A stretch of 64,000 nucleotides of DNA from Hydrolagus colliei (Eukaryota), in the NCBI GenBank assembly GCA_035084275.1, contig CM068757.1, forward strand, positions 10,540,001 through 10,604,000, read 5' to 3'. Position 1 is the first letter of the stretch, and every line of letters starts with the position of its first letter. Below the pieces are notes generated by a model. That model was not told the origin of the DNA. It searched no databases and saw only the letters and a list, made by a program, of their open reading frames with translations. Both the position numbers and the translations under genes were made by a program. Below, one piece after another: positions 23,966 to 36,612 of the stretch.

Positions 23966-25869
23966 ATATTATTGTTCTTGGTTTTCTTTCTCAATCCCAT
24001 TTATTATCCTCTGTATTTCTATCAGGTCTCCTCTGAGACATCCTCTTTCAAGACTGAAGAGCCTGACCCAGGATTTTGAATTCTTCTTGATGATTTGAAA
24101 GCGAAGCCAGAATTCAATAATCTATTTAATTCTGGATGCTCAGAAATGCTGCATAAATGCAGTAAAACGAGACCCAAGTGAAATTTCTCTGCAAAAGTGC
24201 TTTGAGGTTTTTATGTTACGTGATAATGCAATATTAATGCAAGTCTTTATTTCATTGAAGACAGGAAAGAGCAGCAGGATGAGATCAGGGATTATAACTC
24301 TAGTGGGCTCAGTGAAATGAACGCATTTCTGCCCTTTATTTAATTTCAAACGGTTTTCAGTAAGCAGAGGTGACATTCTCGAGAGTAATTTGGAAACAAC
24401 ATAAAACGTTTCAAAGTTAAATAATAGGGTCCCCACCCAAGGATGCTGCTTGCTCTCAGTAACGCCTTAATATTAAGAAGAAGAATAGTATTGCCCACAC
24501 AAGCTAGAGGAAGCAGCTTTAAATCCCAGATGCGGCAAAACCTTAGGCAAGTTTACTTACTCCATTGGTTGCAGGATTAACTGTGAAGTGGTGTGACTGC
24601 ATTTTGTGAGCGAATACTGCAGCCGATTTACACACAACAACGTCCCACAAACAGCCATGGACTGACTGAGTGACTAATTTTATCAGGGGTGCAGGGTATT
24701 GACCTTCTGACCCTGAGGCAAGAGGTTCAATTTGGTCTTGACGACCTGGCCAATAATTCCCCCAAATAAAATGAATCCTTTCATGGTTTCTCGTGGCACA
24801 CTGCTGTGCATAAATGAGCTGCCACATTCACCAAGAAAATACACACAGTCACCACGCTTTACAGTACAATCCGTGCAGGGCTTTGAGACGTCCGCCTGAT
24901 GTGAAAGAACACAATGGCAAATGGAAGGTGCTGAGATGGTGCTGAGTGTCTAAGGTGGGTGATGGGCACCCAGAGCATTAGTGTCCTCCCACTACTCATC
25001 ATCCTCCTCCTACGATGTGCTGACAGCTGTTAGGTTAATACCATCTGAAGTGTTGTGGGATCTGGATGATTCATCTGTGTGGGCCAGAGTCGTTATGGGG
25101 TAAAATTCCTCCCTGGATGGAGAATCACTCTTTTTATGTCTCGTTTCAGAGCGATTGAGGCATTGTCAAATTGTTTAATTCGGTCTTAACTTTGAAGCCA
25201 TTCTTTTCTGCATTTCTTACAGGAAACGTATAGAAAAAGGGACTCAACGTGAAGAATTTGCCAAATTTTAATGATCTGAATACATGCGGTTCAATTATCA
25301 TGTAACCTAATAATAATATTACTTGCATTTGACAGCACCTTTCACATCAGGAGGACATCTAAAAATGCTTCATGCGAATCACTGCAACATGCAGCGTCTG
25401 TATATACTACAGGCAAATACGGCAGCCTGGTTTTACACAACAATGTCACACAAATAGCTACGAAGTGACTGATCAATTTTAACTCAGAGGTTGTTGGCCA
25501 GGACTCCCTTCTCATTACAAACAATGCCGTAAAGTCTTTAACATGCATTTTAACAGTCACAGATGTTAAAGGTGAACATAGAGGAGAATGTTTGTCTCCT
25601 CAATCCTAAACAAATCACTTTGTCTCTATGGTTAATGGTACTTGTAGATTTCAACTGAGGATTGCCTTAATGAGCCATTACAATTCAATATTTGCTAACG
25701 AGCTGTTACAATACCATATTAAGTTGGTGGAAATCAATTGCTAGTTTTAATGATTTTCGACGGATGAAAATCGAGGGTTATTTTTAGTTCATCTTTTCCC
25801 GTTTTCAATCAATATTTTCAATTAACAAACTAACTGGATAATCCTTCTATTTGGTCCAGCTTCTTTCGC

Positions 25870-26116
25870 AGGTTTACTGTAAAGTGTAGTGATGGCCTAT
25901 TTTGTAGGCAAAAGCAGCAGCCCATTTGCACATAGCTGCACAGCCCCGAAAGTGATCCCGCCAATCGACTAACAACTGGATTCCTACCTACTGCTAGGTG
26001 AACAGATGCATGTGGAGTGATAAAATGCACCTAAAATTTGTCTCTGCCCGGGAATCAAACCCAGGTCCTCACCCTTGCAAGGAGAGTGCTCTGACCAGTA
26101 AGTTACAGGACTCCAC
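25870..26116 (-). mobile_element. tRNA-Ala-like SINE with extra internal domain
   Basis: GATCCCGCCAATCGACTAAC..CCTTGCAAGGAGAGTGCTCTGACCAGTAAGTTACAGGACTCCAC. Confidence 0.8.
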
Positions 26117-27317
26117 AATGTTATTATTAAATACCGATGGAGAGAAGGCGAGAGGGAACAGGAAAGGGAATGAGATCCAGTGGTTAGGTGGAAGAATCAT
26201 AAAGCCAGGCTTTAGTAATTTAAGACTATTTTCACCCACTAAACATACTGTCAATTCACTTTACGGTTTATTCGGAGTAGTGCCTTGAGACGTCTAGAAG
26301 GCAGAGGTAGAGGGTGTGTGAGCAAAGGAGTGGGGTAGGAGGCGATCATAGAGATAGAGAACCAGAATGACACTTTCAGAAATACCTGCGGTACAATTTT
26401 TTCAGTCCAGAATATCTCAACGTGCAATTAAATATCCTACAATTCAAGTACTGTGTAATTTCACTGCCATACAAGCAATTCACTGAAGTTTCAGTGTGTG
26501 GGCTGCTCATGTCAGATCCTCTCCCCTTTGCCAATGCTCAGCACTTTCAATGCAGCAAATTTCCTTTTCGACTGGCATCTGGTTGTGCTTTTAAGTAGCG
26601 ATCTCAACACAATCAAACACACTGCCCGCAATACTTTATTAATTCTTCCATTTGATATAGTGGCTCATCACATCGTTGAGACAACTCAAAGAATTTCACA
26701 GAATATATTGTAAAATGGACTGACTGTATTTTGGGGGCTTCTTTTGTGAGTCTAAAAAATGCATTTTGCATACCCCATACTTGCTGTTATTTCTCCAGCC
26801 ACCTTTTGAAGTCTTCAAGTATTAAATTGCTATTTTGTTTTTGTGATAATAGCACCAAACAGGGCTTTGATATATGTATTCATTAAAAGCAATTAAATGA
26901 TCGCATATAGAAGTCTCCAACCTACACACTGGTCTTTCCTTTGCTCTCTCTGACAGCAGTCGTTATAAATTATACCCCCTACACATGCACACACACATTC
27001 TCCCCAGGATTCTGGGACTGGAGTCATCTGTGCAGTCTGGAAATTCTGCCGAGAGTGAAAGTAATAGAGAGAGAGAAAGCATGAAAAGAAATCTGAAGTT
27101 ATCAGTGTGCTTCAGTAAAGAAATATCACTTCTATTATTTATGAAACAGAATAACGTTGAGATTTTCTTCAGGACAAAAAATAAAGACAGTTGAACCTTC
27201 AAGCACTTGATCGCTATGCGAACGAGCACGAAAGATGCATTCAAAGCCAAGTGGTGAATGAGGTTGTTGATAGTGAAGGACTTGCAAGTAATTAAACACA
27301 GGAACATTTGAACAATG

Positions 27318-27775
27318 TTAGCTTGGCTCAGTTGGCAGCACTTTTGCTTCTGGGACAGAGGGTTGTGGGTTCCAGCCTCACATCAGGAATTTAAATTACA
27401 TAGTCTAAGGTGGATGCAGTGAAGAGACTGATCAATTTTAACTCAGGGGTTAACCCAGTGCTGGGGGTGTGTTGCATTGTCTTGTTCTTCAGATGAGACA
27501 TTAAAGCAAGGTCCCATCTGCCTGTTTGGGAAAGCACATTAAAGATCCCTTGGCACTATTCGATAAGAAAGACCCTGGCCAATAAATCCCCCAAATAAAA
27601 TTGTTCACTTGTTTCATGGCTGTTTCTGGGACACTGTTGTGCACAATTGTGCTACTGCCTTTGCTTATATGTACGCAGCACCTCAGTTTCATAGTAAATC
27701 GGGTGAAGCGCTGAATGACGACCTTCCGAAGTGATAAGACACTATACCAAATGTAAGGATCATTATTATTATTAC
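27318..27775 (+). mobile_element. Full-length Deu-SINE carrying a small foreign insert
   Basis: Head TTGGCTCAGTTGGCAGCAC, Deu core and tail. Confidence 0.85.
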
Positions 27776-27961
27776 TTACCAACTGGTCGTGTGCTGTCTT
27801 CAGATAATGTGTGCAAAGACAAACGGAACCCACACCATCTATAATCAGAGATTGCACCAAATGACTATATTTTCATTGGAATAGAGAAGATCGAGAGAAG
27901 ACTTGATGGAGATCTTTATAATGTTGTTTTGACAGAGTTGACAGGGTGAACATTTTTTGTT

Positions 27962-28890
27962 ACTAACAACAACAAAATTGCACTTATGTAGCGCCTTTCA
28001 CGTCGGGAGGATGTCCCAAAGCGCTGAACAGTCTGGTCTGGACCCGAGCAGGGTGGGGTGGGGGGGTAAGGGAGGGTTAAAGTAGGGGAAAGGGGAAGGA
28101 GAGTGGGAGAGGTGGAAGAGTTAGTGGGGCAGCCGACGGCATGGTCGAACAGGAAGGTCTTGAGACCGGCCTTGAAGGAGGAAAGGGAGGAAGTGAGGCG
28201 GAAGGGCTGTGGGATGGAGTTCCACAATGTGGGAGCAGAGAGGCTGAAAGCCCGGCCGCCGATGGTTGGGCGGTTAGGGCGGTGGACGCGGAGCAGGCCT
28301 GAGTCTGCTGAAAAGAGGGTGCGGGCAGGCTGGTAGGGAGACAGTAGGTCAGATAGATAGGGGCAAGGCCGTGAATGGCCTTGAAAGTGAGGACAAGGAT
28401 CTTGACTTCGATCCTCTGGGTGACGGGGAGCCAGTGGAAACGGGCGAGGGTGGGAGTGATGTGGTCGCGAAGCCTGGTACAGGAGAGTACACAAGCTGCA
28501 GAGTTCTGAATGATCTGCAGCCTGTGATGGGAGGAGCTGGGGAGGCCGATGAGGAGAGAGTTCCCGTAGTCGAGCCTGTAAGTGATAAAGGCGTGGACGA
28601 GGGTTTCGGTGGCGTGGGGGGTGAGGTAGTGGCGGAGTCTGGCAATATTGCGGAGGTGATGGAAGGCTGATGATGCCCCTCATGGAGCGGAGGAAGGATA
28701 GCTCGGGGTCGAACAAGGCGCTCAGATTCTTGATTGGCTTCGAGAGGTGGAGAGAGCAGCCTTGAATGCTGATGTTGTCAGAGGTGCGGAGGCGCTGACG
28801 TGAGCCTATCAGGAGGGCTTTCGTCTAATCAGTGAATCAGTGACGAAAGGGCATTGATGTTTAACGGAGAGAGTTGCAGCTTCCTGAGAT
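27962..28890 (-). mobile_element. LINE2 3' ~0.9 kb (ORF2 C-terminus, frameshifted)
   Basis: Minus-strand translation includes LFDPELSF and LSDLLSPYQPARTLFSADSGLL..GGRAFSLSAPTLWNSIP..FKAGLKTFLF; (CAA)n tail at the left end. Confidence 0.95.
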
Positions 28891-28914
28891 GGAGTCCTCC
28901 AGAGCCTGTGTGTG

Positions 28915-29125
28915 AGGAACTCCATCCCCAGTCCCTCCGCCTCGCCCCCTCTCTGGCCTCCGTCATGCCTCAAGACTCTCCTCTTCGATGGACCCATCAG
29001 CACTTCCTAATCCCCCTTTCCCCCCACCGTCCTAAACTCGAGTCTGAAGCAGTAACTGTCCAGCACCATGGGACGTCCTCCTGACGTGAAATGCTCTATT
29101 CAAGTGTAATTTTGTTGTTGTTGTT
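28915..29125 (+). mobile_element. LINE2 3' tail, back-to-back with the previous copy
   Basis: GGAACTCCATCCCCAGTCCCTCCG..GGGACGTCCTCCTGACGTGAAA..(TTG)n. Confidence 0.85.
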
Positions 29126-29475
29126 GAAATGCTTCCTCACCTCAGTACTAACTGTCTTGGTTCAGATTTTAAGGTTGAGCCCTGAAACGCGTAGCCCTCA
29201 CAGCACTTCACAGGGAACTGCCGTCAAGTATAATGACTGCATAATTTGTAGGTTAAACACAGCAGCCAATTTGCACACAGCGAGGTCCCATAAACAGCCA
29301 TGAGGTGAACGACTCTTTAATCTGGCCAAGACATTAGAAGAGAACTTTACACATAATATTGTGGCATGTTTGGTGACCGCGTGGGAGAAGTTTCACGCGG
29401 CTCTAGATTTACTCAATTAACTAACGCAGCTTTGCAGCGAGTCCAACATTCAGTAAATTATTGAATTCAGTATGT

Positions 29476-29860
29476 GCCAGACTGGCTCATTTGGTAGCCC
29501 TCTCATCTCTGAGTCACAAGGTTATGGGTTCAAGCCTCATGGCAGGACTTGAAATTGCATAGGCTGATACTCCAATTAAGTTCTGGGGGTGTGTTCCATT
29601 GTCGGAGTTATCAACTTTCGGATCAGACCTTAAACTGAGGTCCCTTCTGCCTATTGCAGGAGTGTGTTAATGGTCCCGTGGCACTGTTTGAAAAAGGAAG
29701 GTAGTTTCTCCCAGGCCAAAATTCTCCCAAATAAAATTGGTCACTTATTTCAAGATTGTTTTGACTGTTTTGACTGTCTAGTTTGCCCAGTGAAGTGCTT
29801 TGAGGCTGCCTCTCAATGGCACAATAAGGCACTATATTAAATTCAAAGATTATTGATATT
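29476..29860 (+). mobile_element. Deu-SINE
   Basis: Head TGGCTCATTTGGTAG..GGTTCAAGCC, Deu core and tail. Confidence 0.8.
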
Positions 29861-29887
29861 TGTAAGCTATGGTTGGGGGAGGTTAGC

Positions 29888-30325
29888 AATAATAATAATA
29901 ATAATTTCATTTGATACTGCAACTTATGTTCTTGAGACATCCCAAAACACTTCACAGGATACACTGTAAAGTGTATTTTGTGGGCCAAACACAGCAGTCA
30001 GTCCCACAGTGTCCCACAAACAGCCATGGCATGCTTGACCAACTTTATTTGGAGGATTGTTGGCCAGGACACCAGGAGAAACTCCCTTCTCTTTTTGAAT
30101 AGTGCCAAGGGATCTTCCATCTGACATCAAGATTAGATGTCCATCTGAACAGGCAGACAGGACCTTGGTTCAACATCTCATCCAAAGGATGGCACCTCCG
30201 ACAATACAACACACCCTCAGCACTGCACTGGAGTGTCAGCTTGGACTGCGTGAGTTCAAGTCCTGCTGTGGGGGCTTGAGCCCCAAACCCTCTGAGTCAG
30301 AGGTGGAGCGCTACTACTGTGACAG
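29888..30325 (-). mobile_element. Full-length Deu-SINE
   Basis: Tail, GGCCAGGACACCAGGAGAAACTCCC, Deu core and head. Confidence 0.85.
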
Positions 30326-31379
30326 ACTGATGCATAAACCATTAATTTGGGTATACAACGTGATAATTATCACTAACCGCATTTTCCTTCCCATCGGATC
30401 ATGAATTGTTCAAGTCCCCAGACTAAATTTGATTCTTCACCCTTCACTCAGTTGTCCTGCACCCTGTATTTTAACCTTCACTCTGATTGGGGGAAACAAC
30501 AGGTAGTGAAGTGAACCAGCTGTGACAGACACTAAGATTACATCGGAATTACATTACACGGGCTTATTGTGGCCTCATCTTTAAACCACCAATCACTGTC
30601 TCTTGCGGAACAAGGAAGTATTTCTAGCTGGTGATTAATTCTCGCTGCTGCCAGAAAAATTTATTTTAATTTCAGAGAACTGTAAAATAAACAGTTGCAC
30701 TGTTGCTCTCAGTCTTCGAAAGACATCCATCAAGTATGTTCACAGTGCACCGGCAAATTGATGTGCAGTTAAGGACTCACATTTATGAAGGAAAGAATGA
30801 TCCTTTTTAGGCCTCTTCAGCACTTCATTTAGAAATGATTATCTTCTGAAATGCAATGGAAAAGTGAACCAGTAAGTCAGAACTTTTTCTTTGACAGGAT
30901 AGGATGCAGAGAGCGAGCACAAGACAAATAATAAGGAAATTAGGCCCTTCTCTTAATCACTTACTTGTGCGTGTTTGCTTACAATTCACAGTCATGAAAC
31001 TTTGCAATAAATCCTGTGAAACTTTGGGACGTCCTCCTGACATGAAAGACGCTATCTATTTGGAGCATCTCATGAGAAGCCTTTAGCATCTCCTGCCCTG
31101 AAACTCTCCACTGCCTACTGATTCAAGTATTAATCCATTGCTTTTTAGTAATGCAGGCTCTGGGCTGCTGTTTGCTATGCTGAGTGTCAGTCTGTTCCTT
31201 CAGTCAATAATTCTGAACTTGGGAGATTCTGTTTCAAGTCAAGCCTGAGGCCCTCTTTAGCTTGTATTCATGTCCTTGGGCTCTTCTGCCTTTGCTTAAG
31301 CGAGTTCTCCACATCGTCTCTCCCTCCTCTACGTGGCCCTTTGAGTTTCGATTGAATTTCCCTTTCTGCCGTCACAATA

Positions 31380-31826
31380 ATAAGAACAAATAATCCTTAC
31401 ATTTTGAAACAGCTCCTTTTACATTGGGGAAACATATCAAAGTGCCTTTCGCAGGATTTACTATAAGGTGCAGTGACTGTATGTATCGTAGGTGAACACA
31501 GCGGCCAATTTGCTCGTAGCTATGTCCCCCAAACAGCCATGAAGTGAATGATTGATTTTATTTTGGGGGATTATTGGCCAGGACACCGGTAGAAACTCCC
31601 TTTTCTTTTCAAGTAGTGCCACGGGATCCTTAACATCCTCCTGAATAGGCAGACGGAGATCTTGGTGTAAAATTTCATCTGAAAGACAGTACCTCTGACA
31701 ATGCCACACATCTCCAGCACTGCACAAGAACGTCAGCTTAGTATATGTGATTGCAAATCCCAAAGCGGACTTGAACCCACAACCTTCTGATTTAGGGTGA
31801 GAGTGCTATCACTGTGCCAGGCTGAC
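31380..31826 (-). mobile_element. Full-length Deu-SINE
   Basis: Tail through GGACTTGAACCCACAACCTTCTGA..GCCAGGCTGAC. Confidence 0.85.
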
Positions 31827-32548
31827 ACACCCAAATTAAGTAAACTGGAGCAGGCTTGATGGACTGAATGGCCTCTTCTTGATACTGTTTTCCTACGTTC
31901 CAATGAGACATTTTACGGCAATGCATTAAATGCAAAGAGTGTTCTTAATATCAATTCAGGTCCTGTGTGGTTTGTGCTTCACGGAGGATGTATAGAGACA
32001 TCCCCCCCCTCCCACCCCCCCAGGGAAGCATTTTGAGACGCTTTGTCAATATGGGCACAGTTAAGCATTTGTCTTCCAACTGAAATTATTCACCAGGAGG
32101 GAAAATGATTCTGCGATATGAAAGGGACTCTCAACTCCAATCATAGCAGAACAAAACAGGTTCAGGTCAGTGAGAGTTTGCCACAGCAGGAAGATATTCA
32201 AGTGTAAAATTACCTACACTATTCAGACTCCAATATACTGTGCAATGTGTGGGCAAGTAACAGATGCCATGGCCTATTTATTTGATCTTCCTCACACAAT
32301 AATAAATAATCCGTGCCTGAAATGCGGTGACATATCAATTCAAAGAACTGCTGTGGAGGATGAACATTTGGAATAAAAGGTACAAAATCACTATAATCAA
32401 CCCATTCCTTCGAATTATCCCCTTGATTGTGCTGCACTAAATGCCTAAGGCCAGACACAAAAGTTACGTAACACCAGACCAAGCTTCGAGCATGTTAACA
32501 AGGCTAATGTCCCCAACAGATAATGTGTAAGGTATTTAATTCCAACTT

Positions 32549-33205
32549 TGCCTGTTCAGGTGGATATTAAAGATCCCCTAGGCACTATTTGAAAATACAT
32601 AGAATGAAGTTTCTTCCGGTGTCCTGGCCAACAATCTGGCAGAATTTTTTTTATTCACTTCATAGCTGTTTGAGGGATATTGCTGTGTGCAAATTGGCAT
32701 ACAAAATACACCCACAAAATACCCAGTTACACCACATTACAGTAAAATCCTGTGAATCACATCCTACTGACATGAAAGGCACAATATCAAATGCAAGGGT
32801 TGTTGCAAGGAATATAGTGAGCAGACTTGGGTGTGTAAAGGACAGGTTAGACTGTTTTATTACACAGAGGTTTGTTATATATAATTGATCAGCCTGACTC
32901 CATCCTCTCGCCTCTAAGTCAAAAGGCTGTGGGCTCAAGCTTACGTCATAGATTTCACTCGGCAGGGAAACCTTCCAGGCAGGGCGAAACCGTGGGCAAG
33001 TTTCCTTACTCCACACACTTGATAATTATCCCTTAAGAAAAAAAAATTGGGTCACTTCAATCCACAACTGTTTGTGGTTCACTGCTTGTGGTTCACATTT
33101 CGCCCACAAATGTACAGTCAATTCGCTTTACAGTATATTCTACGAAGCGCTTTGAGGCATCTAGAAGATGTGAAAAGCGCTATATCAAATGCAAGGATTA
33201 TTATT
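32549..33205 (+). mobile_element. Cluster: Deu-SINE 3' half, Deu-SINE head, and short tRNA-like SINE
   Basis: GCCTGTTCAGGTGGATATTAAAGATCC; TCAGCCTGACTCC..GTGGGCTCAAG; GGCAGGGCGAAACCGTGGGCAAGTTTCCTTACTCC..tail. Confidence 0.75.
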
Positions 33206-34654
33206 CATTCAATGCAATACTGAGGGAGAACTGCGATGTCTCGCAAATGTCAGTAGGTCTATAGCTATGTTCAACCAAGATTAGACCTTTGAGACTATTG
33301 TGTCTACCACTATTTTGACTGTGCAGTAGTTTCCTGGTGCAATGTGTGTTCAGTGTATTGCGAGTCAGGTTCCTCACTGTCCAGCGAGGGGCACCACAGG
33401 CACAAGTCTGACATCGGCAAATGTAACCACTGTACTTTGCTGTCCTGTGAGTCACAGGGCACCACACGCACAGTCAAATTGTTGATTCAGCAATATTCCT
33501 TCCCCATCAGTTTCCTTCTTCTTCCTCTGAAAGTGCTAACTCATCATGGGAACAGTTTCAAGGGTATGTGGTCACTCGGGGAGTGGGGTGGGGCAGGGAT
33601 TCTTCCCAATCAGTCCCTACATGCCCAAAGCCCTATCAGATCGGAGGAGGGGGGGGGGGGTCCAGATAGTGCTCTCAAAGGCAAGCTGTTAGGCAAAGGC
33701 AAAGGAGCTAAACTCCGAACAGTTCCCTCAACACATGCTTTGTGGTCCCCATGGCTTTGCTCCTGCTAACCTGTGCCTAACACTGCACAGAGTTAGGTAA
33801 GAGAGTATACCCTTCAGGAGACAGTGCAAACTCCATTCTAGACACAGGGAAATTCCCACTACCGCAGCCCTCCCCAGCCCCAGTTTAATATTTGCACAAA
33901 ATGCACTTGGATGCAGCCTGAGACGGAGGGGAGACAATGGCATCTTTGATTGCTAACTGGCTAACACAAAGCCCTATTTCAATAGACACACTTCCGCCAG
34001 GTTTCCCTCGAACTAGGCCTCGTTTCCACAGCAACCAAAACCATTGCAAGCACAGGGTTAGATTACCAACTCACACATGTCCCTCCCGGGATGAGACAGA
34101 TTGCATTGGGTGTGACAATCTTCGCCTTGTGCAAAGGTGTAAATGAATCATTTTCAGTCGCCTACTTCTGATTTGGTGCAGGGCCCCTTGGCTCAAGACA
34201 ATGTGTGGGAACTGATATGGAGAGAAGTCAGGCTATCTTCACACACTCTCACAAACACACGCGCGCCCACGTTATTTTTGGCGCGTCTTAGATCAATTTC
34301 TATATTTAAGTTTTACGTCTTTCACTCAATCAGCCTTCGCCTGAGTTCAAAAAGATAAACTTTTGTATTTTTAATGGTCCGCAATGGTCTGGAACCCTTG
34401 CAGTGAGTGAGGTAGCAAAGGAAAACCTGAATTCAGCCGGCCACCATTTACTGCCACCATTACATGGTCTAAACAATTCAGGAGCTTATTTTTGGGGAAC
34501 ATTCTTCAATTTGGGAAAACCTTTCCTTCCAATAACTATGGGAAGCTCACTTAGCTTGAAGGCCAAATGGTCTGAAGGCTAAAACCATGACAAATTTGGG
34601 GCTTCTTAGAATAGTAGATTCAAAATGCAGAAGGATGACATTCCACCCACAGAG

Positions 34655-35415
34655 CAAACCGTCTGGATTAGTTTTGGGCACCACACCTCAGGAAAGACAT
34701 ACTGGCCCTGGAAGGGGGTGCAGTGCAGGTTCACCAGAATGTTACCAGGGTTAAGTGGTAAACCCTTAAAAGGGTTAAGTTACAAAGAATGGCTGAATAA
34801 ACTTGGATTGTATTCCTTTGAATTTAGATGGTTGAGAGGTGTTTTGATTGAGGTATTTAAGATGATAAAGGGGTTTGATAGAGAGAAACTATTTCCTCTG
34901 GTGGGGGAATCCAAAACAATGGCACATAGTCTTAAAATGAAAACTAGGCTATTTAAGAGTGAAACCAGGAAGCATTTTTTCACTCAATGGTGGTAGAAAT
35001 CTGGATCCATCCATCCAACAACACAACAACAAAATTACACTTGTATAGCACCTTTCACCTCAGGAGGACGTCACAAGGTGCTGGGACATGACCTTCACAC
35101 TTTAAAGCAGTCACTTATAGTCCATTAAGCTGTAGCTGAACTCCGCCCTCTCCTGGCTCTTTGTACAGTCAGCAATGGTTGGTGTCTTGTCTTTCCGTGA
35201 AACCTGCCTCAAGTTTGCATCAGTTATTGTAATACACAGCTTCAAGAACGAAGTTGATAAATGTTTGCTAGGCCAGGGTATTAAAGGATACGGGGAGAAA
35301 GCGGGAAATTGGAATTGAAAAGATTTATAGAGGTACATATCAGCCATGATTTAATTCAATGGCGGAACAGGTTCGAAGGGTTGAATGACCTACCCTTGTT
35401 CCTATGTTTCTATGA
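34655..35415 (+). mobile_element. CR1 LINE 3' end, interrupted at ~35005-35238
   Basis: Translates VQCRFTRMLPGL..GLYSFEFRWLRGVLIEVFKMIKGFDREKLFPL..RKHFFTQ (CR1 ORF2 C-terminus); the 3'UTR ends CCTATGTTTCTATG. Confidence 0.9.
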
Positions 35416-36254
35416 GTTTAAGAACCTGAGTTTGTACAAATTCCCTTCCAATATTTCCCAGTTATGTCGAAAGGTCATCGACCTGAGAAATTGTGTCACA
35501 ATGGTGTGCTATACGGAATGCAAGGATTTCAGTCGCAGTTAACGTTGCCAGTTCCATCTTGCTGATACTGCATTTCAAAACTTTGGAAACATTTAGAGAG
35601 AAATGAAACATCACACATTCCTCAGAAATGTTTCACAACTCCTTGAATCTTCAGATTGTGTGTCATTCTTGCTTTAAAGCAGTCACGTATAGTCCATTAA
35701 GCTGTAGGAGACCACCGCCCCTCCTCCCCCCCCGGCACCTCTTTGTACAGTCAGCAATTGTTGGCGTCTTATCTTTCCATCAAACCTGCCTCGAGTTTGT
35801 ATGTCACTGTAATACAACCCAAGGTCTTGCTCATTATTACTAAATGTTTCCTTTTAATATCTGGTGATCTTACATGTACACCCACAAGTCACCCATTAAT
35901 AATCCTTGCATTTACATTTGATGGACTGCCTTACCATAGTTTTGAGACATCGCAATGTCCTTGGCAGAATATACTGTAAAATGAATTGACTGTATATTTT
36001 GTGGGAGAAACTCAACAAATTGCTCCCTATTTAACTAATCCAAACCCTTCATGGTGTAGTACTCTCATTGAAATTCAGCAGTGGAGTCCAATAGGCAATA
36101 ATTCATAATGCGATTCACTAATGTAGACACACAAAAGGCACAAAAAGGCAATCCCTGATGGTTCTTGGAAGTGCATCATTTTGACCCTTAGGAATTCTGC
36201 AACCTACTTCCTGGTCCCTACAGGTCTATGTCATGCACTTCCTGTTACTGTAGG

Positions 36255-36612
36255 ATCAGTGCACTGCTGGGTGGAGTGGGGAGGGGTGAGCTGTATTTTC
36301 AGAATTGCCTTCCTTTGCATGAGATGTTAAATTGTCTGTTCCCATCTGCCTGTTCAGGTGGACATCAAAGATCATGTGACACTTTTCAAAAAGATAAAGG
36401 ATTTTGTCCTGGTATCTTGGCCAACAATCTGTCAGATAAAAATTGATCCTTCACTTCATGGCTGTTTGTGGAACATTGCCACCTGTAAATGGGCTGAGGT
36501 GTTTGCCTACAAAATACCTAGTCACTGCCCTGCACAGTATATGCTGTGAAGCAGGAGACGTCCTCCTAATTTGAAAGGCGCAATATCAAATGTAAAAATG
36601 ATTACTAATATT
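36255..36612 (+). mobile_element. Deu-SINE without head
   Basis: CTGCCTGTTCAGGTGGACATCAAAGATC..tail. Confidence 0.75.

Noticed and set aside
27916-28716. 266-aa minus-strand ORF
   Set aside because: It is a frameshifted LINE2 ORF2 C-terminus, not a host gene.
34625-34996. 123-aa ORF
   Set aside because: It is a CR1 ORF2 remnant.
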